Assembly (NCBI GenBank): GCA_017467625.1
Contig: JAFUSN010000004.1
Location: 146,259 to 210,258, forward strand
Direction of reading: 5' to 3'
Length of the DNA: 64,000 bases
Origin: Clostridia bacterium
GTDB taxonomy: Bacteria; Bacillota; Clostridia; Christensenellales; UBA1242
Shown here: in pieces, positions 46,067 through 56,429 of the stretch
Layout of the letters: each line of letters starts with the position of its first letter
Position numbering within the stretch: the stretch's first letter is position 1
Notes under the pieces: generated by a model
Told to the model about the DNA's origin: nothing
Databases searched by the model: none
The model's input: the letters and a program-made list of their open reading frames with translations, nothing else
Translations under genes and position numbers: made by a program

Positions 46067-48307
46067 ATGGAAATTTATCAGGCACTTGCCAAAGAATTTA
46101 ATATTCGTGAAGAATATTCAGCAAATCTAATTGCATTACTTGATGAGGGAAGCACAGTCCCATTTATTGCGAGATACAGAAAAGAAATGCATGGAAGTTT
46201 GGATGATCAAGTTATCCGTAATTTTGCGGATCGTCTTCAATATTTAAGAAATTTTGAGGACAGAAAAAAATCAATAATCAAAAATATTGATGAACAGGGA
46301 AAACTTACTGATGAAATTGTAAAAAAGCTTGATGAAGCTAAAACGCTCACAGAGCTTGAAGATATCTATAGGCCATTTAAACCTAAAAGACAAACAAGGG
46401 CAACCATTGCAATTGCAAAGGGGCTTGAACCTTTGGCTGAAATTTTTATGGCTCAAAAAGAAGAAGGAAAAACACTTGAAGAACTTGCAGCTCCATTTGT
46501 TGATGCTGAAAAAGGTGTTGAAACAATAGAAGATGCCATTGCTGGAGCAAAAGACATTGTTGCCGAGAAAATTAGTGATGACAGTGATTTAAGAAAAGAA
46601 CTTAGAGAGTTCATGCAAAAAACATCATTCATTTTATCAACAATGAAAAAGCAAAAGGAAGATAAAAAGAAAAAAGAAACGGTTATTGACAACTCAAATA
46701 AATATGAAGATAAAGAAGGAAGTGATAAAACTAAAGGAGCTGAAACCTACGAAGGTTATGATGGCTTTAAACAAGAAGTTGCAAAAATTCCTTCTCATAG
46801 AATTCTTGCAATAAACCGTGGTGAAAATGAAGGTTTTTTAAAGGTTGAGCTTGAGTTTAATGAAGATAAGTGTTTGGAAATTATTGAGAAAAACTACAAG
46901 GTGAAAGAAACAATTTTCAAAGAGCTTTTGCTTGAAGTTCAAAGAGATGCTTTTGAAAGACTTATTGAACCAAGCCTTGAGCGTGAAATTAGAGCAGATT
47001 TAACAGATGCAGCTAATGAGCAAGCAATTAAGAACTTTGAACTTAACTTAAAGCCACTTTTAATGGAAGCCCCACTTAAAGGGAAAAGAATTTTAGGATT
47101 TGACCCAGGATATAGAATGGGTTGCAAACTTGCTGTTATTGATGAAAATGGAACAGTGCTTGACACTGCAGTTATTTATCCAACTGAACCATTCAAAAAA
47201 ATTGATGAATCAAAGCGAATTATGACTGAACTTATTTCAAAACACAAAGTTGACGTCATTTCAATTGGAAACGGAACGGCAAGCAAAGAAAGTGAAATTT
47301 TTGTTGCGGGTTTAATTAAAACCCTTTCAAGAAAAGTCAGTTACGCCGTTGTGAGTGAAGCCGGTGCATCTGTTTATTCAGCAAGCAAACTTGCAGCTGA
47401 AGAATTTCCAGATTATAATGTAAATTTAAGAAGTGCAGTTTCAATTGCAAGGCGTTTGCAAGATCCACTTGCCGAACTTATTAAAATTGATGTTAAATCA
47501 ATTGGTGTTGGGCAATATCAACACGATATGCCACAAAAAAGGCTGACAGAAGTTTTGGATGGTGTTGTTGAAGATTGTGTTAACGCAGTTGGTGCAGATG
47601 TAAACACGGCAAGTTATTCGCTCTTAAAGCGAATTGCAGGACTCAATGAAGGTATTGCAAAAAACATTGTTGCTTATCGTGAAAAAAATGGAGCGTTTAA
47701 GCTTAGAAAAGATATTTTAAATGTGCCAAAACTTGGTGAAAAAGCATTTGAACAATGTGCGGGCTTTTTAAGAGTTGTTGGTGGTGATGAAATTTTAGAC
47801 AACACTTCAGTTCACCCTGAAAGTTATTCAAGTGCTAAAAAACTTTTAAAGATTTTTAAGATGACGGAAGAAGATGTTAAAAACGGAAAGGTTTCAAAAC
47901 TTCCAGAACTTGTTGAAAGTGCAGGTGAAAACAAAATTGCTGACGAACTTGGCGTTGGTGTTCCAACTCTTAATGATATTGTTAGTGAACTTGTTAAACC
48001 TGGCCGTGATATTCGTGATGAAGCTGAGCACCTTGAACTTAGAACCGATGTTCTTGGAATTGAGGATTTAAAGGAAGGAATGATTTTAAACGGAACTGTT
48101 CGCAATGTTATTGACTTTGGTGCCTTTGTTGACATTGGTGTTCATCAAGACGGACTTGTTCACATCAGTGAAATTTGTGACAGGTATATAAAGCACCCAA
48201 GTGAAGAACTTACTGTTGGTCAAATAGTAAAAGTTAAAGTTATTTCAATTGATCTTGCCAAAAAGAGAATTGGTCTTTCAATTAAAAAGGCAACTAAGGA
48301 AGAATAA
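46067..48307 (+). CDS. tex: Tex-like transcription accessory protein (YqgF/HhH/S1 domains)
   Basis: N-terminal VPFIARYRKE signature. C-terminal S1 domain GTVRNVIDFGAFVDIGVHQDGLVHISE. Confidence 0.9.
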   Translation: MEIYQALAKEFNIREEYSANLIALLDEGSTVPFIARYRKEMHGSLDDQVIRNFADRLQYLRNFEDRKKSIIKNIDEQGKLTDEIVKKLDEAKTLTELEDIYRPFKPKRQTRATIAIAKGLEPLAEIFMAQKEEGKTLEELAAPFVDAEKGVETIEDAIAGAKDIVAEKISDDSDLRKELREFMQKTSFILSTMKKQKEDKKKKETVIDNSNKYEDKEGSDKTKGAETYEGYDGFKQEVAKIPSHRILAINRGENEGFLKVELEFNEDKCLEIIEKNYKVKETIFKELLLEVQRDAFERLIEPSLEREIRADLTDAANEQAIKNFELNLKPLLMEAPLKGKRILGFDPGYRMGCKLAVIDENGTVLDTAVIYPTEPFKKIDESKRIMTELISKHKVDVISIGNGTASKESEIFVAGLIKTLSRKVSYAVVSEAGASVYSASKLAAEEFPDYNVNLRSAVSIARRLQDPLAELIKIDVKSIGVGQYQHDMPQKRLTEVLDGVVEDCVNAVGADVNTASYSLLKRIAGLNEGIAKNIVAYREKNGAFKLRKDILNVPKLGEKAFEQCAGFLRVVGGDEILDNTSVHPESYSSAKKLLKIFKMTEEDVKNGKVSKLPELVESAGENKIADELGVGVPTLNDIVSELVKPGRDIRDEAEHLELRTDVLGIEDLKEGMILNGTVRNVIDFGAFVDIGVHQDGLVHISEICDRYIKHPSEELTVGQIVKVKVISIDLAKKRIGLSIKKATKEE

Positions 48308-48310
48308 AAA

Positions 48311-48336
48311 AACAGAGGTTTAAACCTCTGTTTTTA
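48311..48336. terminator. Bidirectional terminator (tex and convergent pnuC)
   Basis: cagaggt-ttaa-acctctg with flanking A-run and T-run. Confidence 0.75.
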
Positions 48337-48348
48337 TTTTATTTTTAT

Positions 48349-49272
48349 TTAAGCTTCTGACTGAGTTTTAATTTTTTTCTTTTTATTTGAAACTAAAACT
48401 TCAGGGTGAGATTTAATGTATTTTGTCCATTTAATATAACCATAAGTTGTGTTTGTTAAATATCCTGCTTTTAAAACCAACAAAATCCACTGTCCAGCCA
48501 AAATATTTAATGCAATTTCAAGGAATGTAACAAGATACCAAGCAATCCATTGTTCACGATATCTTAAAAGAATAAACACACCATTTGCAATTCCAATTGC
48601 AGATGCACAAGCGTCAAGATAACAACTTAAATCTTGAACAACTTCATTGTATGAATAAATTCCTTCAAGGTCAATCCATGTGAGCATGTAGCCAATTACA
48701 AGCGTCCAAAGTGCTATAGATGCAACAACAATAATGTCTTGCCACCAGTTGAGTTTTCTAACAACTGTGAGTTCATTTTCCTTTTTGTCTTTATGTCTGT
48801 TCCAATTAACAAAACTAATAATATCAATTGGAATCCAGAAAAATATTGTTACAGCCATTGTGGCAAATCTTGATGCCAAAACAATAAGGGTTGCAATTTC
48901 CGTGAGCTCAACGCCAAGTGAAACAATGAAATTCCATTTGCTTTGTTTTGAAATCAAAAGTTCGCACAAAATGTTTAAAAAGATATCAGCGAGATAGAGT
49001 GCTAAAATAACCCCGCCGTTAACCCCATTAAAATCCTCTTCTGGGAAAACAATTGCAAAAACAATTGCGAGAACTGTGATTGAAATGAACCAAATTTTTT
49101 CATATGGAGTGAAATATTTCCAAAGTCTTTTATAAATGTTTTCTTTTTGTGGCTGTCCAAGGGCCACAGCTCTTTGTCTTTTGTTTAAATCAACTAAATA
49201 AATAAAAAGTAAAATTGCCGCAAGCAAAAAAGCGCCAAGCAGGCAAATTAATGTAATTTGTAATGCTGTCAT
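48349..49272 (-). CDS. pnuC: Nicotinamide riboside transporter PnuC, with an N-terminal extension
   Basis: 7-8 TM segments. FFWIPIDIISFVNW and KWTKY patterns of the PnuC family. Confidence 0.75.
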   Translation of the reverse strand: MTALQITLICLLGAFLLAAILLFIYLVDLNKRQRAVALGQPQKENIYKRLWKYFTPYEKIWFISITVLAIVFAIVFPEEDFNGVNGGVILALYLADIFLNILCELLISKQSKWNFIVSLGVELTEIATLIVLASRFATMAVTIFFWIPIDIISFVNWNRHKDKKENELTVVRKLNWWQDIIVVASIALWTLVIGYMLTWIDLEGIYSYNEVVQDLSCYLDACASAIGIANGVFILLRYREQWIAWYLVTFLEIALNILAGQWILLVLKAGYLTNTTYGYIKWTKYIKSHPEVLVSNKKKKIKTQSEA

Positions 49273-49439
49273 AATTTTCCACCTTTAATAATTTTTTTTG
49301 CAGTAAAAAACATTCTCGCCTATGGAGAAAAGTTTGATGTTTTTGGTGAAAAATTTTTAAATGTCATTTTTTTCTTTCCGTAAGTTTATTTTATATGTAG
49401 CATTTTAAACAAAATAAGGGCTTTTTGTCAATTCATTGA

Positions 49440-49468
49440 TTGACACTAATAAAAAAAAGCCATACAAT
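49440..49468 (+). promoter_or_regulatory. Sigma-70-type promoter
   Basis: TTGACA, 17-nt spacer, TACAAT. AAAGGAG RBS before the ATG at 49493. Confidence 0.6.
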
Positions 49469-49492
49469 GTTATGTGTTAAAGGAGAAATAAA

Positions 49493-50749
49493 ATGTATTT
49501 AGGATACGATATTGATGAAAAATTAGTGAAACTTGCTGACGAAGTTGAGCTTGAACTTAAAGACAAATTTAAAGAATATGATGAAATATGTCTTTATAAC
49601 AGCGCAAGAGTTTTAAGAGCTTTTCAAAACAAAAGAGTTTCAAGCAGTGACTTTGTTGAAGTTAATGGATATGGCGCTTATGATGAGGGAAGAAATAAAT
49701 TAGAGGCAATTTATGCTGAACTGTTTGACACTGAAGATGCCCTTGTTCGTCCGCAAATTATGAGTGGAACGCATGCAATTTCACTTGCATTTTTTGGGCT
49801 TTTAAAACATGGTGACACATTAATTTCAATTTCAGGCACCCCTTATGACAGTTTGCAAACAATTGTTGGAACCGCCGGAAATAGCAAAAATTCACTCATT
49901 GCAAACGGAATTAAATATGAAGAAATTGAACTTGTTAACAACGACTTTGATATTCCAGCAATACAAAACAGGCTTAAAAATGGCGGTGTTAAAATGGTTG
50001 AAATTCAAAGAAGCCGTGGATATGCTCATCGTGATAGTTTAACAATTGAAAAAATTGAAAGAGTTTGCAAGGCAATTCGTGAAGTTAATAGAGAAGTTTT
50101 AATTATGGTTGATAACTGCTATGGCGATTTAGTTGAAAGGAAAGAACCAACTGCAGTTGGTGCTGATTTAATTGTGGGATCACTCATGAAAAATCTTGGC
50201 GGTGGAATTGCAAAAACTGGCGGTTATATCGTTGGAAAAAAAGCTGTTATTGATGACATTGCAGAGCGTTTTTCAGCCCCTGGACTTGGAAGGGAAATTG
50301 GAGCAAACTTCAATGAAAATATAAATTATTTCAAGGGATTGTTTATGGCTCCACATGCGGTTTGTTCAAGTTTAAAAGCAATGACATTTGCAAGCAGACT
50401 TCTTGAAAAGCTTGGTTTTGATGTTGATCCAAAATGGGATGCAAAAAGAACTGACATAATTCAATCTGTCAATCTTGGAACACCTGAAAATATGGTTAAT
50501 TTTCATATTGGAATTCAACATGCTTCTCCAATTGACAGCTTTGTAACTCCAGTTGCAGCCCCAATGGCTGGATATCCTCATGATGAGGTTATGGCCTCTG
50601 GAACATTCACTCAAGGTTCAACAATTGAATTTTCATGTGATGGCCCGATGACTCCTCCATACACCGCTTACATGCAAGGTTCACTAACTTATGATTATGG
50701 GAAACTTGGAATTTTGCTTGGAGTGAATGAAATTCTAAAAAATAAATAA
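49493..50749 (+). CDS. Methionine gamma-lyase-family PLP protein (YnbB / aluminium-resistance type)
   Basis: 418 aa. NGYGAYDEGR, RPQIMSGTHAI and GSLMKNLGGGIAKTGGY (PLP-lysine region) patterns. Confidence 0.7.
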   Translation: MYLGYDIDEKLVKLADEVELELKDKFKEYDEICLYNSARVLRAFQNKRVSSSDFVEVNGYGAYDEGRNKLEAIYAELFDTEDALVRPQIMSGTHAISLAFFGLLKHGDTLISISGTPYDSLQTIVGTAGNSKNSLIANGIKYEEIELVNNDFDIPAIQNRLKNGGVKMVEIQRSRGYAHRDSLTIEKIERVCKAIREVNREVLIMVDNCYGDLVERKEPTAVGADLIVGSLMKNLGGGIAKTGGYIVGKKAVIDDIAERFSAPGLGREIGANFNENINYFKGLFMAPHAVCSSLKAMTFASRLLEKLGFDVDPKWDAKRTDIIQSVNLGTPENMVNFHIGIQHASPIDSFVTPVAAPMAGYPHDEVMASGTFTQGSTIEFSCDGPMTPPYTAYMQGSLTYDYGKLGILLGVNEILKNK

Positions 50750-50827
50750 TGCTAAAAATTTTAGCATTTTTATTTTGGAAATTGCTTAAGTTTGAATATA
50801 ATATAATTATGTATAGGAGGTAAATTC

Positions 50828-51205
50828 ATGAAAGAATTAGTTATAAAAAAGTGTTTAAAATGTGGAGCACTTGTAGAAGTTTTAAAAGATTGCACATGTG
50901 ACAATTGTGGAATTCAATGTTGTGGTGAGCAAATGAAACAACTTGTTCCAAACTCAGTTGATGCCGCTATTGAAAAACATGTTCCAACCTATGAGGTTAA
51001 AGGGCAAAAACTTTTTGTAACAGTAAACCATGTTATGGAGCCAGATCACTACATTGAGTGGATTGCACTTGCAACTGAAACTGAAGTTTACAAAAAGTTT
51101 TTTAAACCAGGTGAAAAAGCAGTTGCTGAATTTCCATATGTTCCAGGAAGCACAGTTTATGAACTTTGCAATAAACATGGTCTTTGGAAAGCTGATGTAA
51201 AATAA
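50828..51205 (+). CDS. dfx: Desulfoferrodoxin (superoxide reductase, 2Fe type)
   Basis: N-terminal desulforedoxin cysteines CLKCG...CCGEQM. EKHVP and HYIEWI centre II motifs. Confidence 0.85.
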   Translation: MKELVIKKCLKCGALVEVLKDCTCDNCGIQCCGEQMKQLVPNSVDAAIEKHVPTYEVKGQKLFVTVNHVMEPDHYIEWIALATETEVYKKFFKPGEKAVAEFPYVPGSTVYELCNKHGLWKADVK

Positions 51206-51287
51206 AATTAGTCCCTAAACTATGGGACTTTTTTATTTGCAACATTTTTATTCGTGTGGTAGTATAAGAAAAAAAAGGAAATAAAAA

Positions 51288-52370
51288 ATGTATAAACTTT
51301 GCATTTGTGATACATCGGTTTTCACAATAGAAGATATTTCAGGTCTTGTTGATCTTTTGCCAAAATCTCGTCGTGAACGTTATGACAAGTTTATGTTTGA
51401 GCGTGATAAAATTCACACAGTTTTGGAATATTTTATTGTGAAACAAATGTTGGGATTTTCTGAAAATGTAGATTTTGTTTATGGAAAAAATGGAAAACCA
51501 AGCATTCCAGGCAAGTTGAATTTTAATATTAGCCATTCTGGAAACATTATGGTTGTTGCGGTTGCGGAGGCGGAAATTGGTGTTGATATTGAAAAAAATG
51601 TCAAGCCAAGCAAGGAACTTGTTGATAGAATTTTATCTGAAAATGAGCAAGATGATTATAACAAGTTTGGTGAAAAAGAATTCACAAAACTTTGGACTCA
51701 AAAAGAAGGTTATATAAAGTATTATGGCGGAACTATTGCCGATGGAATGAAACATATTTTGACTGATACACATATGGTGGAATTCTTTTTTTATGATTTT
51801 AAAAATTATCAAATATGTGTATGCTTAACATCAAAAATAAGGCCGACTGATTCAATTAAAAAAAGGATTGAAAACAAGCCACTTGATCCTAATGTTGTTG
51901 GCGTTATTCATCAAGATGACGGAACTGAACAATATTTTGAAGAAGGCAATGAATTTAATATCAAACAAATGATTGTTTCCAAAAACAAAAAAATTCTTGC
52001 ACTCAATAACCGTGTTTCTAAAATTGTGAAAGATATGGCAGTGAATCGAAGTAAGGTGTTAAAATTTGGATTTTCTAAAATTTTTTCAAAAGTAAAATTT
52101 TTTACCGAAAGTCAATTAAAAGCAATGTTTGGAAAAGGATCAAAAAGTGAAAGGCATCGTTTAATTTCAAGCATATATAAAACCATTTTTGTGCTTGATG
52201 ATGAGGAGATGGTTCCAGGGATGGATTATTTTGGAGAACTTATAATGTTTAATCCAGCCATTCAAGATGTTGTCACCATCAATCAAGTTGGAATTAATGA
52301 AAATGGAAAAGTGATTGTTTATGATGTTAACTCAAAAGAAGAGGAGTTTGCCAAACAAAAAAGCAAATAA
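51288..52370 (+). CDS. Sfp-type 4'-phosphopantetheinyl transferase fused to an uncharacterised C-terminal region of about 180 aa
   Basis: FNISHSGNIMVVAVA..IGVDIE and WTQKEGYIKYYG PPTase motifs lie within roughly the first 180 aa. I recognised nothing in the rest. Confidence 0.65.
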   Translation: MYKLCICDTSVFTIEDISGLVDLLPKSRRERYDKFMFERDKIHTVLEYFIVKQMLGFSENVDFVYGKNGKPSIPGKLNFNISHSGNIMVVAVAEAEIGVDIEKNVKPSKELVDRILSENEQDDYNKFGEKEFTKLWTQKEGYIKYYGGTIADGMKHILTDTHMVEFFFYDFKNYQICVCLTSKIRPTDSIKKRIENKPLDPNVVGVIHQDDGTEQYFEEGNEFNIKQMIVSKNKKILALNNRVSKIVKDMAVNRSKVLKFGFSKIFSKVKFFTESQLKAMFGKGSKSERHRLISSIYKTIFVLDDEEMVPGMDYFGELIMFNPAIQDVVTINQVGINENGKVIVYDVNSKEEEFAKQKSK

Positions 52371-52480
52371 GTAATAAACATTTTGAATGAAAGTAATTAA
52401 AAATATGCATGGAGCAAAAGTAACTTCAAGCATATTTTTTTGGACTTTCAAATAAAAATTTAGTATACTAATCATAAAAT

Positions 52481-53314
52481 ATGAGGAAAAAAATGACACA
52501 GAAATTCTTTACAACCAATGATGATTTTAAAGCAATAATAACTCGCAATTTGCCAAAGGTTAATAACATTCATCAAATTGAAACGGGTTGGACAAACTTT
52601 GTTTTTAAGGTAAACAGTGATGGGAAAATTTTTTATTTTCGTTTTCCACGAAATGACTTTTTTTCTGATGCTCTTGTAAAAGAGGTTAAAGTAACTGAAT
52701 TTGTGAAAGACAAAATTTCACTTGAAACTCCAAATTTAAATTTACTTTTTGATGCTGGAAGACCATACACAATGCATGAAGAAATCCCAGGTGAAAGTTT
52801 AACGAATTGTTATGCCGATTTAACGATTGAAGAAAAACTAACTTTAGCAGACGATATTTGCTTGCTTTTAAAACAGTTTGAAAACATTTCAATTGCTGGT
52901 AAAAAAAATCTTCAGTTGGTTTCAAACTTTTTAGACAATCTTGCAGGTGTTAGCCAAAATAATTATGATTTAAAAAAGCATGACGCCATTAAAAGATGCG
53001 AAAAAGAAAAAATGGTTTTTTCACATGGTGACTTCAATCAAGGTAATTTGATTTTAAGAAATCATAAACTCGTTGCAGTTATTGATTTTTCATTTGCAGG
53101 CATTTCAAGCGGGCTAGTTGATGTGTCGCGAATTGCAGGGAGGTGTCCAGCAGAATTTAAACCAATTTTGCTTGCAGCTTACAGTAAAATTTTGCGTTCT
53201 GTTGAGCAAAGTGATTTTGATGAAATTGAACAGGCTTGGAACTATGTTGATTCGCAATACATTTTATACATAAAGCAAAATCATCCAGAAATTAAATTGA
53301 GTTCAATTGCATAA
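52481..53314 (+). CDS. Aminoglycoside-phosphotransferase-like kinase (APH/ChoK fold)
   Basis: Catalytic loop HGDFNQGNLIL and metal-binding VIDFSFAG. The substrate cannot be inferred. Confidence 0.7.
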   Translation: MRKKMTQKFFTTNDDFKAIITRNLPKVNNIHQIETGWTNFVFKVNSDGKIFYFRFPRNDFFSDALVKEVKVTEFVKDKISLETPNLNLLFDAGRPYTMHEEIPGESLTNCYADLTIEEKLTLADDICLLLKQFENISIAGKKNLQLVSNFLDNLAGVSQNNYDLKKHDAIKRCEKEKMVFSHGDFNQGNLILRNHKLVAVIDFSFAGISSGLVDVSRIAGRCPAEFKPILLAAYSKILRSVEQSDFDEIEQAWNYVDSQYILYIKQNHPEIKLSSIA

Positions 53315-53351
53315 TTAAAATGTTATATGGGAAAGTTGTAGAGGTGAAAAA

Positions 53352-53792
53352 ATGAAGTTAGTAACTCAAATTGTGAGTGATGCAGAACTTTCTGTTGATG
53401 GAAAAATAATTTCAAAAATTGGATATGGACTTGTTGCATATTTTTGTGTTGAAAAAGGTGATGAAGAAGAAAAATTGCAATTTTTCGCAAAAAAGATTGC
53501 AGAAATGCGAATTTTTCCAGACGACAATGGAAAAACAAATCTTTCAATTAAAGATGTTAATGGTGAGGTTTTGTTAATTTCTCAATTTACTCTTGCCGGA
53601 GATTATCTTTCAAGTCGTCGGCCATTTTTTGGAAATGCTGAAAATCCAGAAAGAGCGGAAAATTTATATCTTAAATTAAAATCAATTTTAGAAAAAGATT
53701 ATGGTTTAAATGTAAAACTTGGTGTGTTTGGTGCGGATATGACGGTTAAACAAACCGGAAGAGGGCCATTTACAGTTTATTTAGAAAGATAA
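53352..53792 (+). CDS. dtd: D-aminoacyl-tRNA deacylase
   Basis: 146 aa. LLISQFTLAGD and GADM motifs. Confidence 0.85.
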   Translation: MKLVTQIVSDAELSVDGKIISKIGYGLVAYFCVEKGDEEEKLQFFAKKIAEMRIFPDDNGKTNLSIKDVNGEVLLISQFTLAGDYLSSRRPFFGNAENPERAENLYLKLKSILEKDYGLNVKLGVFGADMTVKQTGRGPFTVYLER

Positions 53793-53825
53793 ATAAAAAA
53801 TAAAAACTAGGAGTATTCCTAGTTT

Positions 53826-54779
53826 TTATTTTAGCATCATTTCAATTGCTTCTTTGTAAATATTTTTCACTGATTCATAATTTTCTGGGTGCATTCCAAC
53901 ATACTTATTTGTTCCAATTCCACTATTAACTTCTAAAACCAAAAGTTCATTATTTTCGGTTTCAATAATATCAACGCTAACAAACCCCAAATTTAGTTCA
54001 TCAACAACTTTGGTTGCAATTGATAATAACTGGTCATATAATTTTTTATCTTCAATTGGCTTTGTTGTTGAGCCTTGTGATAAATTAAATTTCCAACCAA
54101 AAGTGTATTTTTGGCCAGTCTTTAAAATGTCATCAAACTCACTTCCATCAAATTCATGATTTTCAAAGTAATTAGAATTTAAACTTAAAAGGAGTTCTTT
54201 AATTGTGTGCTTTCCATCACCAACAACTTCAGGCAAGCACTTTGCATAAGAAAGTTTAACTTTTCTGCCAAGCATAATAAATCTATATTCATGGCGAATT
54301 TTATAAAACGGACAAAAGCTCACAGAACGAGATTTTTCAAAAAGTTGTTTGAGAGCTGGGCGAATTTGTGATGCTTCAGTTATATGAAAAACACCTCTGC
54401 CACACATTCCGTCATTTGGTTTAATGACAATGTTTTTATCATGATTTTCAAAAAAATCTTCAACCACATCATAAGAATTTAAACCATTAACATATTCTGA
54501 TAAATTGTCTTCGCTGTAGAGTAGGTTATGTTCAATAACTGGAATGTTCTTTTCTTTTAGAGCACAGTAAAGTGCAAATTTATCGTCTAAAATTAATCCA
54601 GTTGCATGTCCATTAAGGTCAAATTTTCTTCCAATCAAATAACCAGTTTTTCCATTTTTTTCAAAAACAGTAACCCAGTTGTTTGATAAAAACGAACACT
54701 TTACACCAATTTCGTTGCAAATTTCTAAAAGCATTTCATTAAAGTTTCCTGCCATTGTTTTCTCCATTAGTAAACTCAA
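53826..54779 (-). CDS. ATP-grasp domain protein (RimK/cyanophycin-synthetase-like ligase)
   Basis: VIKPNDGMCGRGV (P-loop-like), YRFIML and LLVLEVNSGIG patterns of the ATP-grasp fold. Confidence 0.6.
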   Translation of the reverse strand: MSLLMEKTMAGNFNEMLLEICNEIGVKCSFLSNNWVTVFEKNGKTGYLIGRKFDLNGHATGLILDDKFALYCALKEKNIPVIEHNLLYSEDNLSEYVNGLNSYDVVEDFFENHDKNIVIKPNDGMCGRGVFHITEASQIRPALKQLFEKSRSVSFCPFYKIRHEYRFIMLGRKVKLSYAKCLPEVVGDGKHTIKELLLSLNSNYFENHEFDGSEFDDILKTGQKYTFGWKFNLSQGSTTKPIEDKKLYDQLLSIATKVVDELNLGFVSVDIIETENNELLVLEVNSGIGTNKYVGMHPENYESVKNIYKEAIEMMLK

Positions 54780-54860
54780 TTAATTATAGCACACTCAAAA
54801 TAAATAAAAAAATAAAAAACCACTAAACAAAAAGTTTAGTGGTAGTGTTTTTTGTAAAAA

Positions 54861-55442
54861 TTAAACGGTGCGTCTAATTTTTCTTTTTGCTCGTGTTAAA
54901 TAAGTAACCCCAAATGCACCAGTCATAATTATTGGTGTGAAAATTGAAACATACATCATTACAACAGGAACAATTGTTTTGCTCAAATCTCCAACTGTTT
55001 CAACATTGGCGGTTATTGTGGAATAAATTGAAAAGGTTAAAGATAAAATAGCAGCAACAAAAATTAAAATATTGGCTAATTTAAACTTGTCTTGTGCAAC
55101 CATAAATGCACCCATTGTTCCAAATAGCAATGTTAAAAGTATTTTTTGAAAGGTATCTCTATATGGAAGAATGTTGTTTATGAGAATGGCTAGCAAAAAG
55201 AAAGCTATTGCTGCAATATAATAAAATTTTGATTTTCCATATCCAAATAAAGCATAAACAAATAATGACAAAAAAGATAGAATTATTGCAATTGAATTTG
55301 CAAGCATATTATTAAGCCCATTTTTCACAATGAAAGTTAGCAGGCCAATTTGTGCAACAAATCCAACAATTGTTAAAATCATTTGCAAAAACAACATCAT
55401 TGCATTGTTTTTGGTTAAACCGAATTTTGTTTCTGTATCCAT
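54861..55442 (-). CDS. Integral membrane protein (about 6 TM), unknown function
   Basis: 193 aa, hydrophobic, followed on the minus strand by the hairpin accactaaac/gtttagtggt at 54819-54843. Confidence 0.55.
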   Translation of the reverse strand: MDTETKFGLTKNNAMMLFLQMILTIVGFVAQIGLLTFIVKNGLNNMLANSIAIILSFLSLFVYALFGYGKSKFYYIAAIAFFLLAILINNILPYRDTFQKILLTLLFGTMGAFMVAQDKFKLANILIFVAAILSLTFSIYSTITANVETVGDLSKTIVPVVMMYVSIFTPIIMTGAFGVTYLTRAKRKIRRTV

Positions 55443-55814
55443 ATTTTCTCCTAAGTTTAAAGTAATTATATTTTATTACAAACATTGTTTTTGTGCAAAC
55501 AAATACAAATAATTTAAAGAACAAAGATAATAACAATTTTTAATGATAAACTTTAATATTGTTTATTTTGTGAAAAACAAAAAGATAGTGTTAAAGAAAT
55601 GTCCGATGAAGAAATGAACGATATTCTTGAAAGATTACTAAGCGTTCGTCAATAACGAAAGAAAAAAAAGAAAGAGATTTTGAGATGTAAATTTAATAAA
55701 AATGGCACTCAAGTATTTATTTTCAAAAATTTCATGATAGAATGAAAGAAAAAGGTTGGAGAGGTTTTAATGTTTCTCCGACCTTTTGCATTAAATGAGG
55801 AGATTTGATATAAT

Positions 55815-56429
55815 ATGGGTATATTTGATGATTTATTAGGAAACTGGATTCAAATAATTGATGAGCAAAATGAAATTACAATAGATAATTATGGATATGA
55901 GACAGGTGTAATTGAAGGAACGACAGGAAATCACTGTGTGAAATGTGTTGCTGTAAATAAATGTTGGTTTAAGAACGAAAAAGAAAAGAAACCAGAAAAA
56001 TTTAACTATACAGGGGTTAGTATTGTTGATACGATTGCAAAAGGTTTATTTCCTGGCTTATATCACTATAGATGTCATTGTAAAGATATACCAATTTAAG
56101 TGTCTTCAATAGAATCTATCCAATTGTTAGTATCAGAAGGTAAGAAAAATTGGCTCATAAAAGACAAAATTGATTGGATAAAATCGTTTGGATATCACGA
56201 TGTTAATGCTTTTGTGAATACTTTATTACATAAAACTCAAGAAGCATATTTTTACGGAAACTATATTATAGTTAATCATACAAAATATGGATGTAAAATT
56301 AATTTACAAGTAGATATTCCTGGTGTAAACGAAAAAAGTGGAAAAATTTACAAAGTTAAAACTAATTATATGATTTTTCCAAACGGAAAATTAAAATGCA
56401 ATACTTTATTAGGAGGTTGGCAAAATTGA
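55815..56429 (+). pseudogene. Remnant of a MuF (SPP1 gp7)-type polymorphic-toxin C-terminus: MuF-end fragment plus a DUF6883-like cargo domain, interrupted by an in-frame TAA
   Basis: ORFs 55815-56099 and 56100-56429 share one frame and are separated only by TAA at 56097-56099. The first carries NHCVKCVAVNKCWF...PGLYHYRCHC (compare the MuF C..C...G..F...P.H.NCRC pattern). The second carries SFGY...TKYGCKINLQVDIPG...KVKTNYMIFPNGK. The N-terminal bulk of MuF is absent. Confidence 0.5.

Noticed and set aside
49273-49420. NAD+ riboswitch (pnuC motif / nadA motif) in the pnuC 5' region
   Set aside because: I could not find the C-rich conserved boxes or a convincing paired structure that I associate with these riboswitches. 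Only weak A/T-rich complementarity is present. A covariance-model search would be needed to settle it.
55743-55790. 11-bp stem hairpin (aaaggttggag...ctccgaccttt) upstream of the MuF fragment, considered as a riboswitch or regulatory RNA
   Set aside because: It is an isolated hairpin with a 14-nt loop and only a short T tract. It is most simply a leftover terminator or a fortuitous structure in decayed DNA. I recognise no conserved motif in it.
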